A stretch of 64,000 nt of DNA from Haplodiscus bocki (GCA_965655095.1 OZ296655.1:62372001-62436000); one strand, 5' to 3'. Numbered from the stretch's first letter, positions 38,981 through 52,339 are shown. Notes: a model not told the origin generated them from the sequence alone. Numbers and translations are program-made.

Positions 38981-41042
38981 TGTTTGCCAGACTATCTGCA
39001 TGAAAACAAAATGTGGTTGACTTTTTCCTTAATCTTCTTGTCGCAAAAAAAGATGCTGCTGCTCTAGCTTTAGTTTCGCGTGCTACTTCTGGTTGGTGCC
39101 TGGTTCCTTTTCCTCGCTCGTGCGGGGATTGTTGGACAATTCTGTTCCCTTTGCCTCATCGCTATTGTGCGATGGATGCTTTTCCTTGACAACCCGAAAA
39201 AGTACCTATGACTGGTCTTTGGTGTCGTTTTGGCTGGGAATCCTGGACAGAGTCAGCGTTTTCAAAGCATTGTTCAGTTCTTTTTTCAGAAAAGCCTTTT
39301 CAGACGAGCAAGAACATTTTCATATTTAAAAGCTGCTAGTTTTCTGGCTAACATGCCGTTAGATCATCTGGGTCATTGATTTAATGAAACCAGTTCAAAG
39401 CCCTGTGATCAATGACAAGTTGTATGAAACTTTCTTCCTGACATGTAGAACTGAAATGACATATGAACTTCAAATTAGCCAAAATTCTTGTTTGGGAGTA
39501 GATTATCTGATCTGAGCTTTGCTGAAAAACTTAGATCCGAGATAAATTACGCCTTCGGAGCCATTCTGAACTTGAGAGAAACATCTGCCAATTGCATGCT
39601 GGGCAGCATCAGCATACAAAATGAAACAATATCTAATGGTCGAGAAAGCCAAAATTGGGGCCGAGATGAGTAACTTTGAAAACGGCTGGAGCTTGAGACT
39701 TGACTTTCCATTGACTTTCCGGTCAGTTGATGCAAAAGTTAGTTTTTTTGAAGCCTTAAACATATATTCAGGAGTATGAACAGATGCGTGAGACGTTTTT
39801 ATTTTCTTAAATTGATTTTTTCGGTACCGGATACTGGACCTTTCATGGGTTTAATTGTTTAGGATTCAATCCATCGGATTCGGCGGAGTTATGTAACCAG
39901 AAAATGTTCTGTGGTTTTTCTAGGGTGGCCAGGCAATTCAGAATAATACAAAACGTTGTGCCTCAGTTAAGGAGCTTGGAGATAGAAATGTGCTGCTCGT
40001 TGAACCCTCTGCATGCCAGCATGTTTTTGGTAGTTTTGTTCCGTTGTTCCAGCGTTGGGTACTGATCATCAAAGAGGAGCTTTCATTCTTCCCGAAAAAC
40101 AAAAAACTGGGGTGTGTAGCCTGTCAATTCGTGTACCGAAGTGCAAAGAGCCATCATCAATTATAAGAGTTGCTGAGTCCACCTGCCTTCGAAATCAGTG
40201 ACAGTTTCTCCCAAAATGTTCAGTCAGAATCGCTTCATTCGTTCACTAACGGAATTACGGCATTTGTTTGTGCGTGTTTTATCAACTTGGACAGAGTGTA
40301 TGAGATTTCGGAAGAGTTTAGATTCAAAGTCTCAGCCCTGTGTGCGTGCTCAAGGGAACGTCAAACGGCGAATTCATGGCTCAGGTAGGGCTGTAGCAAA
40401 GACTTTAGCTGTGGCATCCGGCAATAGAACTGTCTCATACAACTTGTTGTAAATATTTGCCAAAGAATACTAGGTAGGAGTTTTCTATGTGAAAACGGAA
40501 GTTGTGCAAGCGAATCAAAACCAATAAAAGCAAAAGCGATACCGGGGGCCAATTGACGAAACTGTGTCTATAGTTTAGCTTAGGGCTGTTGCGTTGTTGA
40601 CAAGCAAGACAACTTGAGACGACCCATTCCCATCATCATTCCTATGTCCGGGCCATGAAAACCTAGTTCGCAGATTTTCGAGAGCTTTTATAACACCTAA
40701 ATGGGCAATCGTTGATGAATTGTGCATTGATTCTAAAATTAAGGCTTTCATTGTTGTTGAAACAATTTGACGTAGGTGATTTTGGCGTGTTTTTGAACCT
40801 TCAAAACTTCGGCACAGGATATCATTTACGACTTTGACAAAATCATAACTGCTCCAGAGAAACTAGTGACCCTTGACTGGCCTGGCAAGATTGGAAGATG
40901 ATGTTGTTTCCTATTCCTGACCGATGAATTAACAGTGCTAAGCATCCAGTTGTCTTTCTGTGCTTTTTGCATCTCATTTCTGATCCTGTTTTTTTTCTGT
41001 GTCCCGTTAGGACAACTTCTAGCTACTCCAGCGGCTTTTAAA

Positions 41043-41463
41043 CCGTTAATGTGTTTGTCGAATTGTGGAAATTTTTTGTAATGAGTTTTTTATACCTTTC
41101 GACCAAATAAAACGGTCGAGTCCCTTCAACCGTCTAAGTATATTTATCTTTCGATTTTGAATTTCTGCTTATGTTGCATAATGACTTTCAATGCTGCACG
41201 TACAGATCTGGAGATCGGTTTGTATAAACATCCAAAAGTTATCGAGTTATAAAGGAATCTTTTTGGAGCAATTTGTCATGCTTAAATTTGCTCCTTTAAC
41301 GCTTTCCACCCCAACTTTGGGCACATTGTTGGGACTTAAAGACAAATCTGCTTGGCCTTACCTGCTGCAATCTTAAAATCTGGTAGAAAGCAATTGGATT
41401 TTGATTTATCGAATCAAATGGGTCTTCACTCACTTCTAAAAATTCAAACATCTTTGACTTCTC
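41043..41463 (-). pseudogene. TARG1-like macrodomain within Gypsy C pol (copy 2)
   Basis: Duplicate of 38560-38980; retains RFLYNSITFGCLYKP (cf. YLITKKRASHKP) and GLDRFIW. Confidence 0.8.
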
Positions 41464-44400
41464 TGTTTGCCAGACTATCTGCATGAAAACAAAATGTGGT
41501 TGACTTTTTCCTTAATCTTCTTGTCGCAAAAAAAGATGCTGCTGCTCTAGCTTTAGTTTCGCGTGCTACTTCTGGTTGGTGCCTGGTTCCTTTTCCTCGC
41601 TCGTGCGGGGATTGTTGGACAATTCTGTTCCCTTTGCCTCATCGCTATTGTGCGATGGATGCTTTTCCTTGACAACCCGAAAAAGTACCTATGACTGGTC
41701 TTTGGTGTCGTTTTGGCTGGGAATCCTGGACAGAGTCAGCGTTTTCAAAGCATTGTTCAGTTCTTTTTTCAGAAAAGCCTTTTCAGACGAGCAAGAACAT
41801 TTTCATATTTAAAAGCTGCTAGTTTTCTGGCTAACATGCCGTTAGATCATCTGGGTCATTGATTTAATGAAACCAGTTCAAAGCCTTGTGATCAATGACA
41901 AGTTGTATGAAACTTTCTTCCTGACATGTAGATCTGAAATGACATATGAACTTCAAATTAGCCAAAATTCTTGTTTGGGAGTAGATTATCTGATCTGAGC
42001 TTTGCTGAAAAACTTAGATCCGAGATAAATTACGCCTTCGGAGCCATTCTGAACTTGAGAGAAACAGCTGCCAATTGCATGCTGGACAGCAAAAGCATAC
42101 AAAATGAAACAATATCTAATGGTCGAGAAAGCCAAAATTGGGGCCGAGATGAGTAACTTTGAAAACGGCTGGAGCTTGAGACTTGACTTTCCATTGACTT
42201 TCCGGTCAGTTGATGCAAAAGTTAGTTTTTTTGAAGCCTTAAACATATATTCAGGAGTATGAACAGATGCGTGAGACATTTTTATTTTTTTAACTTGATT
42301 TTTTTGGTACCGCATACTGGTGAACAGTTGAGGTTTTCCCAAAACCAGTTTGGATGCCTTCAAGGCAAAAATCGTGGCCCATTAGAATTGTAACTGGCCG
42401 GAAAAACTCACATTTGTTTGCGTTGAAAATGTTCGCGATGGCGCTCTAGTTTTCCGTCAAAAGTACGAGAGAAGACGATGAAATCATTTTTGTTGGGATT
42501 GCGAACGTCCAGTCACGCCGACAAAAGCTTTTTCCATGAGACTCCCGGTGAGGTCCGTTGGCATTCTTAGCCGCCGAATTGATCCAAATGCTGTACTGAA
42601 TAGCCCTGATAGTCATGATTTAGTAGTTTTTGTATAGTCTTGGTTTCTTTTCCTCCATGGCGACTTAATAGAGAACCCAAGACATGTCAATGGTAGAGGT
42701 AACAACTGTTTTCCAAAAGGGTTGATAAGTTCTTCGATGGAGGATATCTGCCATCAAGAGCCAATTGTCTGCCTGTTTAACTGCCGTTAGTTAATTGCTG
42801 CCGTCAGTTCACCATTTTTCTCCAAGCTTACAAAGCGGGTGCACTCTAGGGACTGTGGCACGGCTCGATGAGGTCATACTTAACGAAATTATTTTTTTTC
42901 ATGAAGGTCTAGCTTGAAATGCACTGGCATCAAACGATTTGAAGGTTTTACTAGAGTAGACCCTGGGATCAAATGCATTCCTTGTTTCAGGAGATGGAAA
43001 TATTTAATGTCCCATTTAATTTTAGTGAAAACAACTGAATCGTCAAGGAGTAACTGATCTATTTTCGAACAGGAACTATAAATCAGTACTGTTTTTGCCC
43101 AGTTGAGGACGCTTTCAAGGTTAAAGTTGATGATTCTGTTCTGCTTGTTTTGCTGTTACGTGGCTGAATTTTTCTGGGCAAACGTATCAGCTTGCGGGAT
43201 CGTGGATGATTCTGGTGTTGGTCTTATGCAAAAAATTCGATCTTCTTCGAGATTGATGATACGCGCTTGGATGGCTTTTTCATGAACCTTAGAAAGAGTG
43301 TTGAAGGCCGAGACTTTTTTGTGAAAATTCACGGAATCTTTTTTGTCAGTAATGTCTAGTGATCGATGTCGAATTTTTTTAAATTAATTACTTCGTGACA
43401 GGAAAGTTTGAAAGATGTCTTTTTGGCCATTACTTTCAAGCCTAGTGTTCCAGTTCTGAATCGCTGCCGTTCGATGTAGAAGAGCGGATGTACTCCGTCC
43501 AAACCTAACTTTCAGAAAACAAGGGATCACACATGTGGGTCTCAAAGAAATCAAGACCTAACAAACACTCAGCTTCGGAAGGTTCAAAGACTAGGGAAGT
43601 GTGTCAAATTGTCATTGATGCTCTTTTCATTTCAACTGCAACCTAATGTTTCACTTGATTCGCGCCTTGGTTTGCAGCTAAAAGTTGTTTATCAAAATTT
43701 TTCAGATGTGATTGTATCTTCTGAGGAAGACGAGAAAATATTATTGAGCTCAACCAAAGTTATTTGAGCCTTTCTCACATACGGTTTCTAACGGATTTTC
43801 CAAACCTTAACCCGGAACGAAAACATTTATGTCATCCACCACTGACTTTCAATATTCCGTCTCTTGGAAGCTTTTTTGAGTTCGCTGGGCAGTTTTGTTC
43901 TTGATATGCAGGTGTCTCTGAATCAATTTGTCGCCCTCGGCACGGCACTAGGGCCAAGAATGGTCAACATTGCCACAATTGAAGCATGTTCTGCAATCAC
44001 GGCTGGATTGATTGATTTGGCGGCAAAGTTTGGCTTTTTTACGCCGTGAACTGTAATTCAGTCTCGTTTGATATTATTCGAGTTGTGTGAGAAGCAAAAG
44101 TTAGTGTTTTCTTGCTAATTGTTGCTCTTTCGATCGCTGTTCCGCTCGTTGGCCTGATCAGAAAAATTGGGATAGGGAAACTTTTGGACCTGGCGCAGGA
44201 ACCAGCATCGGCTACCGCTTCTGTTGTCGGATCGATGGCCTTGATCAATTTGGGAGGCTTACTTGCGACTGCCTCATGACTGCGTCGCCGCGCTGTGGAA
44301 TTTTGTGCGGAGAGTACGATCTAACTCAGTAGAAATGTAAAGAGGAGTCTAAGTGTTGATGTCTTTAACACCAGAAAGTTGTAACTTCAAACCGTCAATT

Positions 44401-47400
44401 TGAAAGTTGGAATGGTTTTCCACTTTGGCTGGCAATGCAGCGTTCGAAATCTCCGAGTTTACTAGATAGTTATTCTTGGCTGTTGACAGAGCGTTTTAAT
44501 GTGTCACCTAACCGTTTTCAGACCGTGCCGGTTCGGAATAGGCTGAGATCGAACAGCGTGCAGAACTAGAATACAATTGGTCCGCTGGGTTCTAGTTAGA
44601 AAAAGACAGAAACTCAAAGCCTCGCCTTTCAATAGGTTTCAAAAAAGTACCGGATGCAGAACAACAGGTGGGTGGTTCTCCCAATCAGAGAGAGAGGCAA
44701 AAGAATGAAACTGACTGATGAACTCTTCCAAATGAGTCGTACTTTCAAAAGAGGTGAGCAAAAGGCAAAAAAAGGACATGACTGTGACACCAGTGGACGG
44801 AGATGCTGGAGGATTATTCCAAACTCACGTTTAGAACTTGATTGTCAATTTCTATCGAAAATGGAAACAGGAAAAAAATTCAAACAGAAGATCAACATTT
44901 GGAAATTTAGTCAAAAATTTCGTTCAATTCAAAAACCCGATGGAAAACAGTGAAAGGACTGACGCTCTGGTGCTCAGTCAAACAAAAGCAAAGGGAGTTG
45001 CAGGTTCAGGTAAACATAAGCATAGAAATTGAATCTACGTTTACAAGATTTTTAATTACCAGGCAAAGTGCAACATCAGAACAATCAGCTCAACAGCAGA
45101 TCTCAGTGAAAATTAGAAGGCATAGACAGCAAAGAGGAATCTATGAAACCTAAAGTGGAACAACAATAGTACCAGTCATGAAACAAACACGCGATTAACC
45201 GTGAAACGAAAAAAACTAGAGAGCAAAGAAGCAATTCAGAAGCAGCAAAGAATTCATACACAAACAGATGAGAAGAATCAGAAGCCGGTCGGTTGAATTG
45301 AGGCGAGCCGAATGAGGAAACCAGTATCAAAAGGCGATGCAAAGCGCTCACATAAATAGGGATAGAGATGGTATGAGTTTGATCGGCAGGTTTTCAGGAT
45401 CGTTTTCAAGCTGAGGCATTGAATTTGAAAGAAGTGACCGTTAGAGACAGGGCAACGGCCATAATGGTCGGGGCAGAGCAGATAATTTTGTGATAATGGC
45501 AATACTTTGGGCTGTTAGATTATCATAGTTGTTGTATACATATCGTTCCAGTTAAAAGAGCCAAATGTTTCTTGTTAAAAGGAAAGTCAACGCGTCGTGG
45601 ACATTTTGAATTCTCAATTTCTCTTGAACAGGTCCAAGTAGTGGTGCGCGAAAGGTTCGATTGGTAGTGTTGATTGAAGAGGACACTGTGAGGAAGTTGA
45701 AGTCAGGGAAATTGAAGTTAACTGTAGCCTAAAATAGAAGATAAGGAAATTTTAGCTCGTGAATATTGACAAGGAAGGGGAAGACAATAACAAGGGGGCA
45801 GGAACACTAAGGTAAACGGACATGCAATTAATTTAAGAAGCTTTTTTTCTGTGTCGGAGAATTGGAGGAAGAACATAGGTGGCTGGAAGGGCAGTGGCAA
45901 CAAAATTGGGATAGTAATAAGAAAGCATTCACGAGAAACGTGGCTGAAAACGCTGCCGCGATCAATATGACGAGAAAATGGCGGCGAAGGAAGGTAGTGA
46001 AAACCACGGCGGCGAAAATGGGGCGGCGTAAAAAACGACAACCTAAAATATGGGGACAACAAGGCACTGCCGTTGATTCTACAATCTATCATCTCGATAT
46101 TTCACAACATTGGGACGCGTAACGTTTTTTATTTGGTTACTTGTACGGAAACAACTGACTGGACTAAAGTGCGAGATCAATTGAAGGCAGTTATTCATCA
46201 AACCTGATGATGGAAAAACGAAAGTATACTGAGTAACGTTTCAGGCCGTGACAAACTGATTGAAATAGTGCTTCGTCGGGGAACAACACCCAAGGAAAAA
46301 AACGAATGGGGGGACAGCGGAGACTGGCGCGGGTGAACATAGAAACGGATGGAAGCGTAAAAAGGAAAGCAAAAAGTAGTCAGACAGGTGAACTGTTAAA
46401 CTGAAAGCTTATTATATGACAAAGATCGGGGAAAAAACGAGAGATAATGTGAAAATTTGAAAAAAAAACATTTTAAAGAACCAAAAATTGAGCACTGGGG
46501 CTGCCTAAGAAAAGAAATCAAAGACAAAGCAAAAAACAAATCAGAAAGAATGTGTTCGATAGAAGAGAACATTTGACAGCCGCTTGTTGGGGACTTTGAA
46601 ATTGCTAAAAAGCGCCTGTGACTCTTCTAAATAGAGGCCTTGCTTTGGATCCTATGAATTTCAAGTTAATTTATTCTCAGAAACGAAATTGTTGATGATC
46701 GCAAGACAAAAAACAAATTGATTACGCTAAAAAATAAAGCATTAACAGTTAGGACATAAAAAAATTACGTTCACAGAGGTTACAGAGAAAAGTGACACTA
46801 ACATTTTTTCGTTGAGTTTCACCTTCCTTTTGATTTTTTTTTTACTTCATAGTGGGAAGTGACTTTCTCTTGTTGTTTTCAGGAAGTGCGTGAAAGAAAG
46901 ACTTGCTTTCCTTTCAACAACGATTTGGGTTTTTTTTCGGTTTTTTTTCTGAACCAGCGTTTGTTCCTTCTCTTCGGAGTCGTCATGCGACGGTTTTGGA
47001 GGGTGACACTTGCTAATCGCTGCTCATGTGCAATCGTGTTCAAAAAAAGAGGAGCGAGAATTGTTTCGAGTACAAGGAAGTGTTATGATGAATTGGATGG
47101 GAGATCACGGGCTAAAAGAATGAAAAAAGACCTGCAGAACAGAAACTGAGCGAACCAAAACAACTATAGGCAAAAGTTTTTCTACTACAAGTTAGAAGAG
47201 AATTTTTTTCAAGTGTTCGAGTTGTTTAAGTTTATTAAAGTATAACAACAAGAAATCTCATCAAAAATATACTTCTGTCCCTGACTAGGCAACGCCATGT
47301 TTTTTTTCCAACGAGTGAAGTTCAATATCAATTTGGGAGTGTTAAAACAAAAGCAACCAAAAAATTTTGCAAAAACTTTTTTCCGCTGTTACAATAATAT

Positions 47401-47510
47401 GGAAATGAAAATCGTTGTTTCGTTAAGTTTATTTTTCACATTTCTTTCCAACATTAAGCTTGCTTGATATCTTCGCGACTTTTGGTTAGATTTCTTTTTA
47501 ATTTTGAATT

Positions 47511-47543
47511 AATTTTAATTTTAATTTTAATTTTAAATTTTAA
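47511..47543. repeat. (ATTTTA)n microsatellite
   Basis: AATTTTAATTTTAATTTTAATTTTAAATTTTAA. Confidence 0.8.
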
Positions 47544-48110
47544 AACAAAATTTAGTAAACTTCCCGAGAATGAAAATGAAGAAGTAAGGTTCCTTAAAAA
47601 TTAGCGAAAACAGGGTTTTCGATTAAAAAACTGTTTTGTTTTCGAAAATTCCAGTTGCTTAAAAAAATGGGAAATTGTAGCAAGTTTGATGTAGAATGCA
47701 TTAAAAAGTATCTGCATTCTACTCTCTAAGTCTTTCCACTTGGAAACAGCTAAACATCCCCCATTTGGTTTTGAAAAAATTTTTAGAAATCTCGTTAAAA
47801 CCAAAAAACGACCAAATTGTGAGTTGTTAAAAAAATGAATAATTTCGAAATGAGGAAAATAACCGATCCGTTTGCGAAAAACTAAGAAGGCTTTTATTTT
47901 TGAAAGAAAAACTCTTTGTTCTAAAACGAACTTGTTATGAACAGCTGCTTGACAGTGTAAATGCCGGTGGTATTTTTAAACACCTGATTAGTGGCCATTT
48001 TTTGAAAGCAAACCACGCTCTTTTTCCTGAAGCTGGTCCAATAAATAATTATGCAATCCTTCCAATCACTTGAGGACTTTTTGGAAAAACTTAACACAAT
48101 CAATGAAAAT

Positions 48111-48648
48111 TTTACATTTACGTTCAGACACAGAGTAAACAAGTAAATGATCTAACTGTTCAAGTACTCACCTTTTATACATGTACAGATACATAATCAG
48201 GAACATATATTTAAAAAAGTTTTTGAGTTTTTTACGCTTTTTCAAAACGTCCTAACATGATGGGAAGGAAAAGTTAATTATTTAAGGGATCAAGGTGAAG
48301 AAAAAGAACGTGATTTTCTTTCAAAATGATATGCCACTGATGATATTATGTTTTTCAAAAATCACCTATAACTGCAAGTTTATGCAATCTGTGTTCATCC
48401 GTTATCGACTTCTACAGTGTAGTGGTAGTGTTATTGGCAAAAATAAATCATCGGCCGGGTTGTTTGGGGTTCAATTTTAACCAACGTCCCAAGTCTTTGG
48501 CTTTATGGCCTGCTATTTGAGGAACTCTGATTCACTCAGTTTGAGAGAAACATTTCAAGAAGGAGGAAGTTTCACAGGAATGCTTGCTCTCGAAGTTTGA
48601 AGTGGATGAAACGATGAAATGGCCATTGAAACTTTATTGAAACATTCC
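48111..48648 (+). repeat. Left terminal inverted repeat (part paired within window)
   Basis: The reverse complement of 63483-64000 aligns colinearly (AGTGTAGTGGTAGTGT, TGTTTGGGGTTCA, TGCTATT.GAGGAACTCT, GAAGTTTGA; position 64000 pairs with 48111). Confidence 0.85.
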
Positions 48649-49119
48649 AATACTTTAGAATTGAAGAATTTGAAGGTATTTTTTTCGGATTGATTGAAGT
48701 CATGGGCATTTTGAAAAAACTGTTTTTTACAGACACATAGAATCAAAGCTACATTTATCTCTGCCATAAACAAAACAGTTTCAAAAACTATTCCTCCTAA
48801 AAAATAACAAGTTGTCATCAAGGAAAATTAACAAGATGTTAGAAGTGTGTTTCGAAAACATACAAAACAAAAATTGAAAGGAAGAAAAAATCCCAAACTC
48901 AATTGACTACTGCTGTTGAAAAAGAAAAATGTAAATTCTGTCAATCCGTTTACGAACCTCTGATGAAGATGCCCACATTCAGTCGATTGAGTTCACTATT
49001 GAATCACTAAAGTGGGAAAGTTGTGAATGCAGTTTCATTCAGTCAAGTTACAAAAAGTCATTTAGAAACATGAACACCTCCTTTTAAAACAGGTCAAAAA
49101 ACAAATAGTGACATCTGTT

Positions 49120-49470
49120 AGAAGTTTTTTGTGTTTCACTTTTTTTAAATGTTAAGTGAGCACAATATTGACGACTTATATTAGGCAGAGAGCTTTTGTT
49201 TACCACTGGTCTATGAATTATAACAAGACAATTTAGGAGATAAATTCAAAATTTGATAACGGAGAACGTTGCGAAGACCAATAAATCTTTTTGGATGAAT
49301 CCATTTTGCCATGAAGGTTGAAAAAAAACAAAAGTTCTATCCTCATAATCCAATATTGAAGATGTCTCCGTTTCGAAAAAAATTGGTGAACAAAATTTCT
49401 TTTATTGTTGACAATACTTCTATTGTCAAACCAATTTGTAATGATTAACCTGCAAGAGTTAGACAACCCG
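49120..49470 (-). pseudogene. Possible adenain-like cysteine protease remnant of the Maverick
   Basis: Weak motifs SIVNN...H...FFFNLHG...RQYCAHLT resemble IVN...H...YFDSYG...CxxYCxY. Confidence 0.35.
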
Positions 49471-50399
49471 TGTGCAAATCAACAAGAGTTTTTAATGTGG
49501 TTTGTTTGAAGTTTTTGCTGAGCAAAGGTGACTCTCCTAGCAACTGATCCGTATTTCAGTTGCATATTGCCACCGAAAGTGAACGTGATAGTGATAAAGT
49601 TTTTGACTCACCAATTCCGAAACTCTAACACGAGATGATTCAAATGAAAAAAATTGTTTCGCGACTTACTTTTTTTGACTTAGACTATAGCCATAAAAAA
49701 CTAGGAGTACGATTTTCAACCTACTTCAATGCTTTTGAAAAACCTATACGAGTGTTCGCTTTTTACTAATTTATTGTTCTTTTCTCGACAAGCGCTTTTA
49801 AAATCTCATCCTATTAAAAAAGTTCTATACCTATAAAATTGTCTTCTTTAAAGGTAACTCCTCGAATCACGCTGGTCCGGAGACCCACTTCTGCTCTGAG
49901 AAATTTTCTTTCTCGAAGGATTATCTGAAAAATGACTCTGGTGAAATAACTTATTGCCGACACTTTCCACCAAAGTTTTTCGTTTTTTTTTGTTTCCTTC
50001 CTTAATATAAGTTAGACAGCATAGAAAAAGTTTTAGATTCGGTTCTTGTTCATTTATGATGATCTTTGAGAAAAAAGTTTTTAGGTGAAACATGTTCTTC
50101 CACGTTTGTGGCAATTTTATTTAAAAAAAATTGCAAAGTAATGTCTTGACTTCGCTATGGTTTTCATTAGATAACACAGGCAAAATCAATTTAAAGAAGT
50201 TTAGTATCATTTTTGCTGCCCTATCAGTGTGATCCATTAGGAATTGCTTACGCTTGTAACTAACACTCAAATCTCCAAAAGTTTTTTGAGAAAAATATCG
50301 TTGCCGAATTTTCTTTCCGTACGGTTTATTTAATTTTATTCAATTTACTTTTCCTGTATCTGACTTCTATATTCAGCATCTTAACCTGTATTTTAGACG

Positions 50400-51090
50400 G
50401 AAGGTCAATACTAAAGCTGTACAAACAAAACTTAATGTTGATATTTGTGAAGACTTTTCAAAATACTCTGAAATATCCCAGAGACAAATAACAAGACTTA
50501 TTGTTTCTTTGATGAAAGACTTGAAATATACAGGATTGGGATAATTTTGGACAGTCTATATAACAGAAGTATAGCAGAAAAAAACAATTCCCAAGGTCCT
50601 CCATGTGTGTAAAAGTCAGGAAATAGAGAACCACATCTGTGAAGATGTAAAAGTTGTTGGTTCCGCCAACTTTTAGCCAAGCGAACATGACAATCTTTTC
50701 TCGGGTATGGAAATAGATGAAAGATAATTTAACAGTACCCAACTGATTGGAAACAGAGATACGGAAGGATCGTCCAAGAATTTAAAAAGAAAACGAAACA
50801 ATTGATGTCCATTGTTCAAATGAATCACACAATACACAATCACGAATAGGACCAAACACATTAGTCCAAAATAAGAAAAAATGGATGAGCAATAAGAGTA
50901 GTGGGAAACGTCATTGAAGATCTGGGTAAATTGAAAGAAGTTTGGGATGATAAAACCATTTTTTTAACTGATAAGCTATGAATTTCAACGGAGAAATTTT
51001 CGTAGGAATTGGAAAATAGGTAACTGAAAAGTTTGCAGATCCATCCGTCTAATCCACCGACATCTGTATTAAAAGCAGAGTCTTGAAATA
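50400..51090 (+). pseudogene. Maverick retroviral-like integrase remnant
   Basis: VDICEDFSKY (VIDxFSKY), NN*CPLFK*ITQYTIT...ISP (NWxxxLxxIxxxYNxT...SP), NFNGEIFV (NWTxEIFxI). Confidence 0.5.
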
Positions 51091-52339
51091 AACAAATAAA
51101 ATTCCAAGTGCAACCAACAGAATGTTTTTGTAAAATATAAAAAAATCAGATGAAATGATTTTTACCCAAAGTTTTAGCTTTTTTTGTTTTATTGATAGTT
51201 CACCAATTTTGTGTAATTGCTGTTTACTTTTCCTATATATACCATTTTAAAACTAGTTTTATCGGCTCTAAAAAGTCAAAAGAAGTGAACTTTATTATCT
51301 TATAAATGGGAAAAAAACGAACTACAAGACAGGAACACAGAGAAAGTCATCAAATCATTACGCTATTGAACAGAGCAATCAAAAAAATTAAGTAGCATTT
51401 TGAAATCTGTAGAACAGAACTTGCTTCTTTCCTAAAAAGAACTAAGTTCAGATAATGTAAAAAAAAGAGAAGCAAAGTTTTCAGTGTAACACCAAACAGA
51501 ATAGTATTTAAAAATTTGAATTGACCTCATTGAACTTACAAATGGTATTTATTGGTTTTGTAGATAATTCCAGTGAAGATACGAAACAAATACTTTACGA
51601 TATAGATATTTTTCATAAATGTAACAATTAAGATGATGACCTAAATTATTACCTAGCTTATACAAATAGACGAAGAGGGGAATCAGAAACGGGAAAAAAA
51701 TTGATCCTAAACTTCGATTGATTTACTTCCATTTACATCTTGAAAAATAAAGAATCACCATATAAAAAGAGAAAATAAATAAAATTAGAGCTAAGAGGAA
51801 TAATTTACATTAGTGGAGAGACATTTGAAACAAAAGATGGAACTGCAAACTTTTACCCTACTAAAAACACACGCTGGTAATGTACATCAACGAAAAAAAC
51901 TCGCTTCACATGAGTGTCCATCACCCAACTTTTTAACAGACTCTATCAATTGAAAAACTGGTAAATCTGTTTCGTTTTTTAAAAATGGAATCCGGGGAAA
52001 AACTTTTACTGTGCCGCCGATTGTTTATTTGTTGTTTATTTGATTATGAATTTAGATTAGATTTTCAATCTGCTGTTTTCAATTACTATCTTATTTACCA
52101 ATAGAATTAAGAAAAGTGATAACAGTGTGGAATACGCCACCGCAGCCGAATGACTTCAGACAAATGACATTACAGAAACCATCAAACAAAAATACTTTCG
52201 GAAAGAAAGAGTGAAGTTTTGGTGAAGCTTAGCAAAGCGGACGTGGCTCAAAGAACTACCCAATCGTTCCACGGACGGATTTAACAAAGTCATTGTTGAG
52301 AATTTGTCTAGTAATGGACTTGTTAGGTTAGGTGAAGAA

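Larger units (their letters stand above)
37354..42320. repeat. Head-to-tail tandem duplication, unit 2483 bp (37354-39837 / 39837-42320)
   Basis: Paired ORFs are offset by exactly 2483 (37687/40170, 39093/41576, 39488/41971); junction ATACTG-G-ACCTTT; the copies are near-identical. Confidence 0.97.
36950..44375 (-). mobile_element. Ty3/Gypsy element C (gag-PR-RT-RH-macro-IN), decayed, with internal tandem duplication
   Basis: Double knuckle LCRQINQSSRDCRTCFNCGNVDHSWP*C (~43940-44030); protease LLGLDF (~43555); RT LIEPCHSP*SAP and IDMSW (~42400-42900); RNase H LISAPILAF...ILYADAAQHAIG; integrase MMALCTSVHELTGYTPQF; PBS-like minus-strand TGGTGTTAAA at ~44364-44373. Confidence 0.85.

Noticed and set aside
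44785-44792. Second PBS-like motif (minus-strand TGGTGTCA)
   Set aside because: No adjacent LTR end or partner LTR identified; an 8-mer can occur by chance.
46200-46230. CTGATGA...GAAA hammerhead-like string
   Set aside because: No stem II pairing and no flanking stems I/III could be formed.
48405-48490. Intact tRNA gene
   Set aside because: A/B-box-like motifs are present, but no cloverleaf or acceptor stem could be built.
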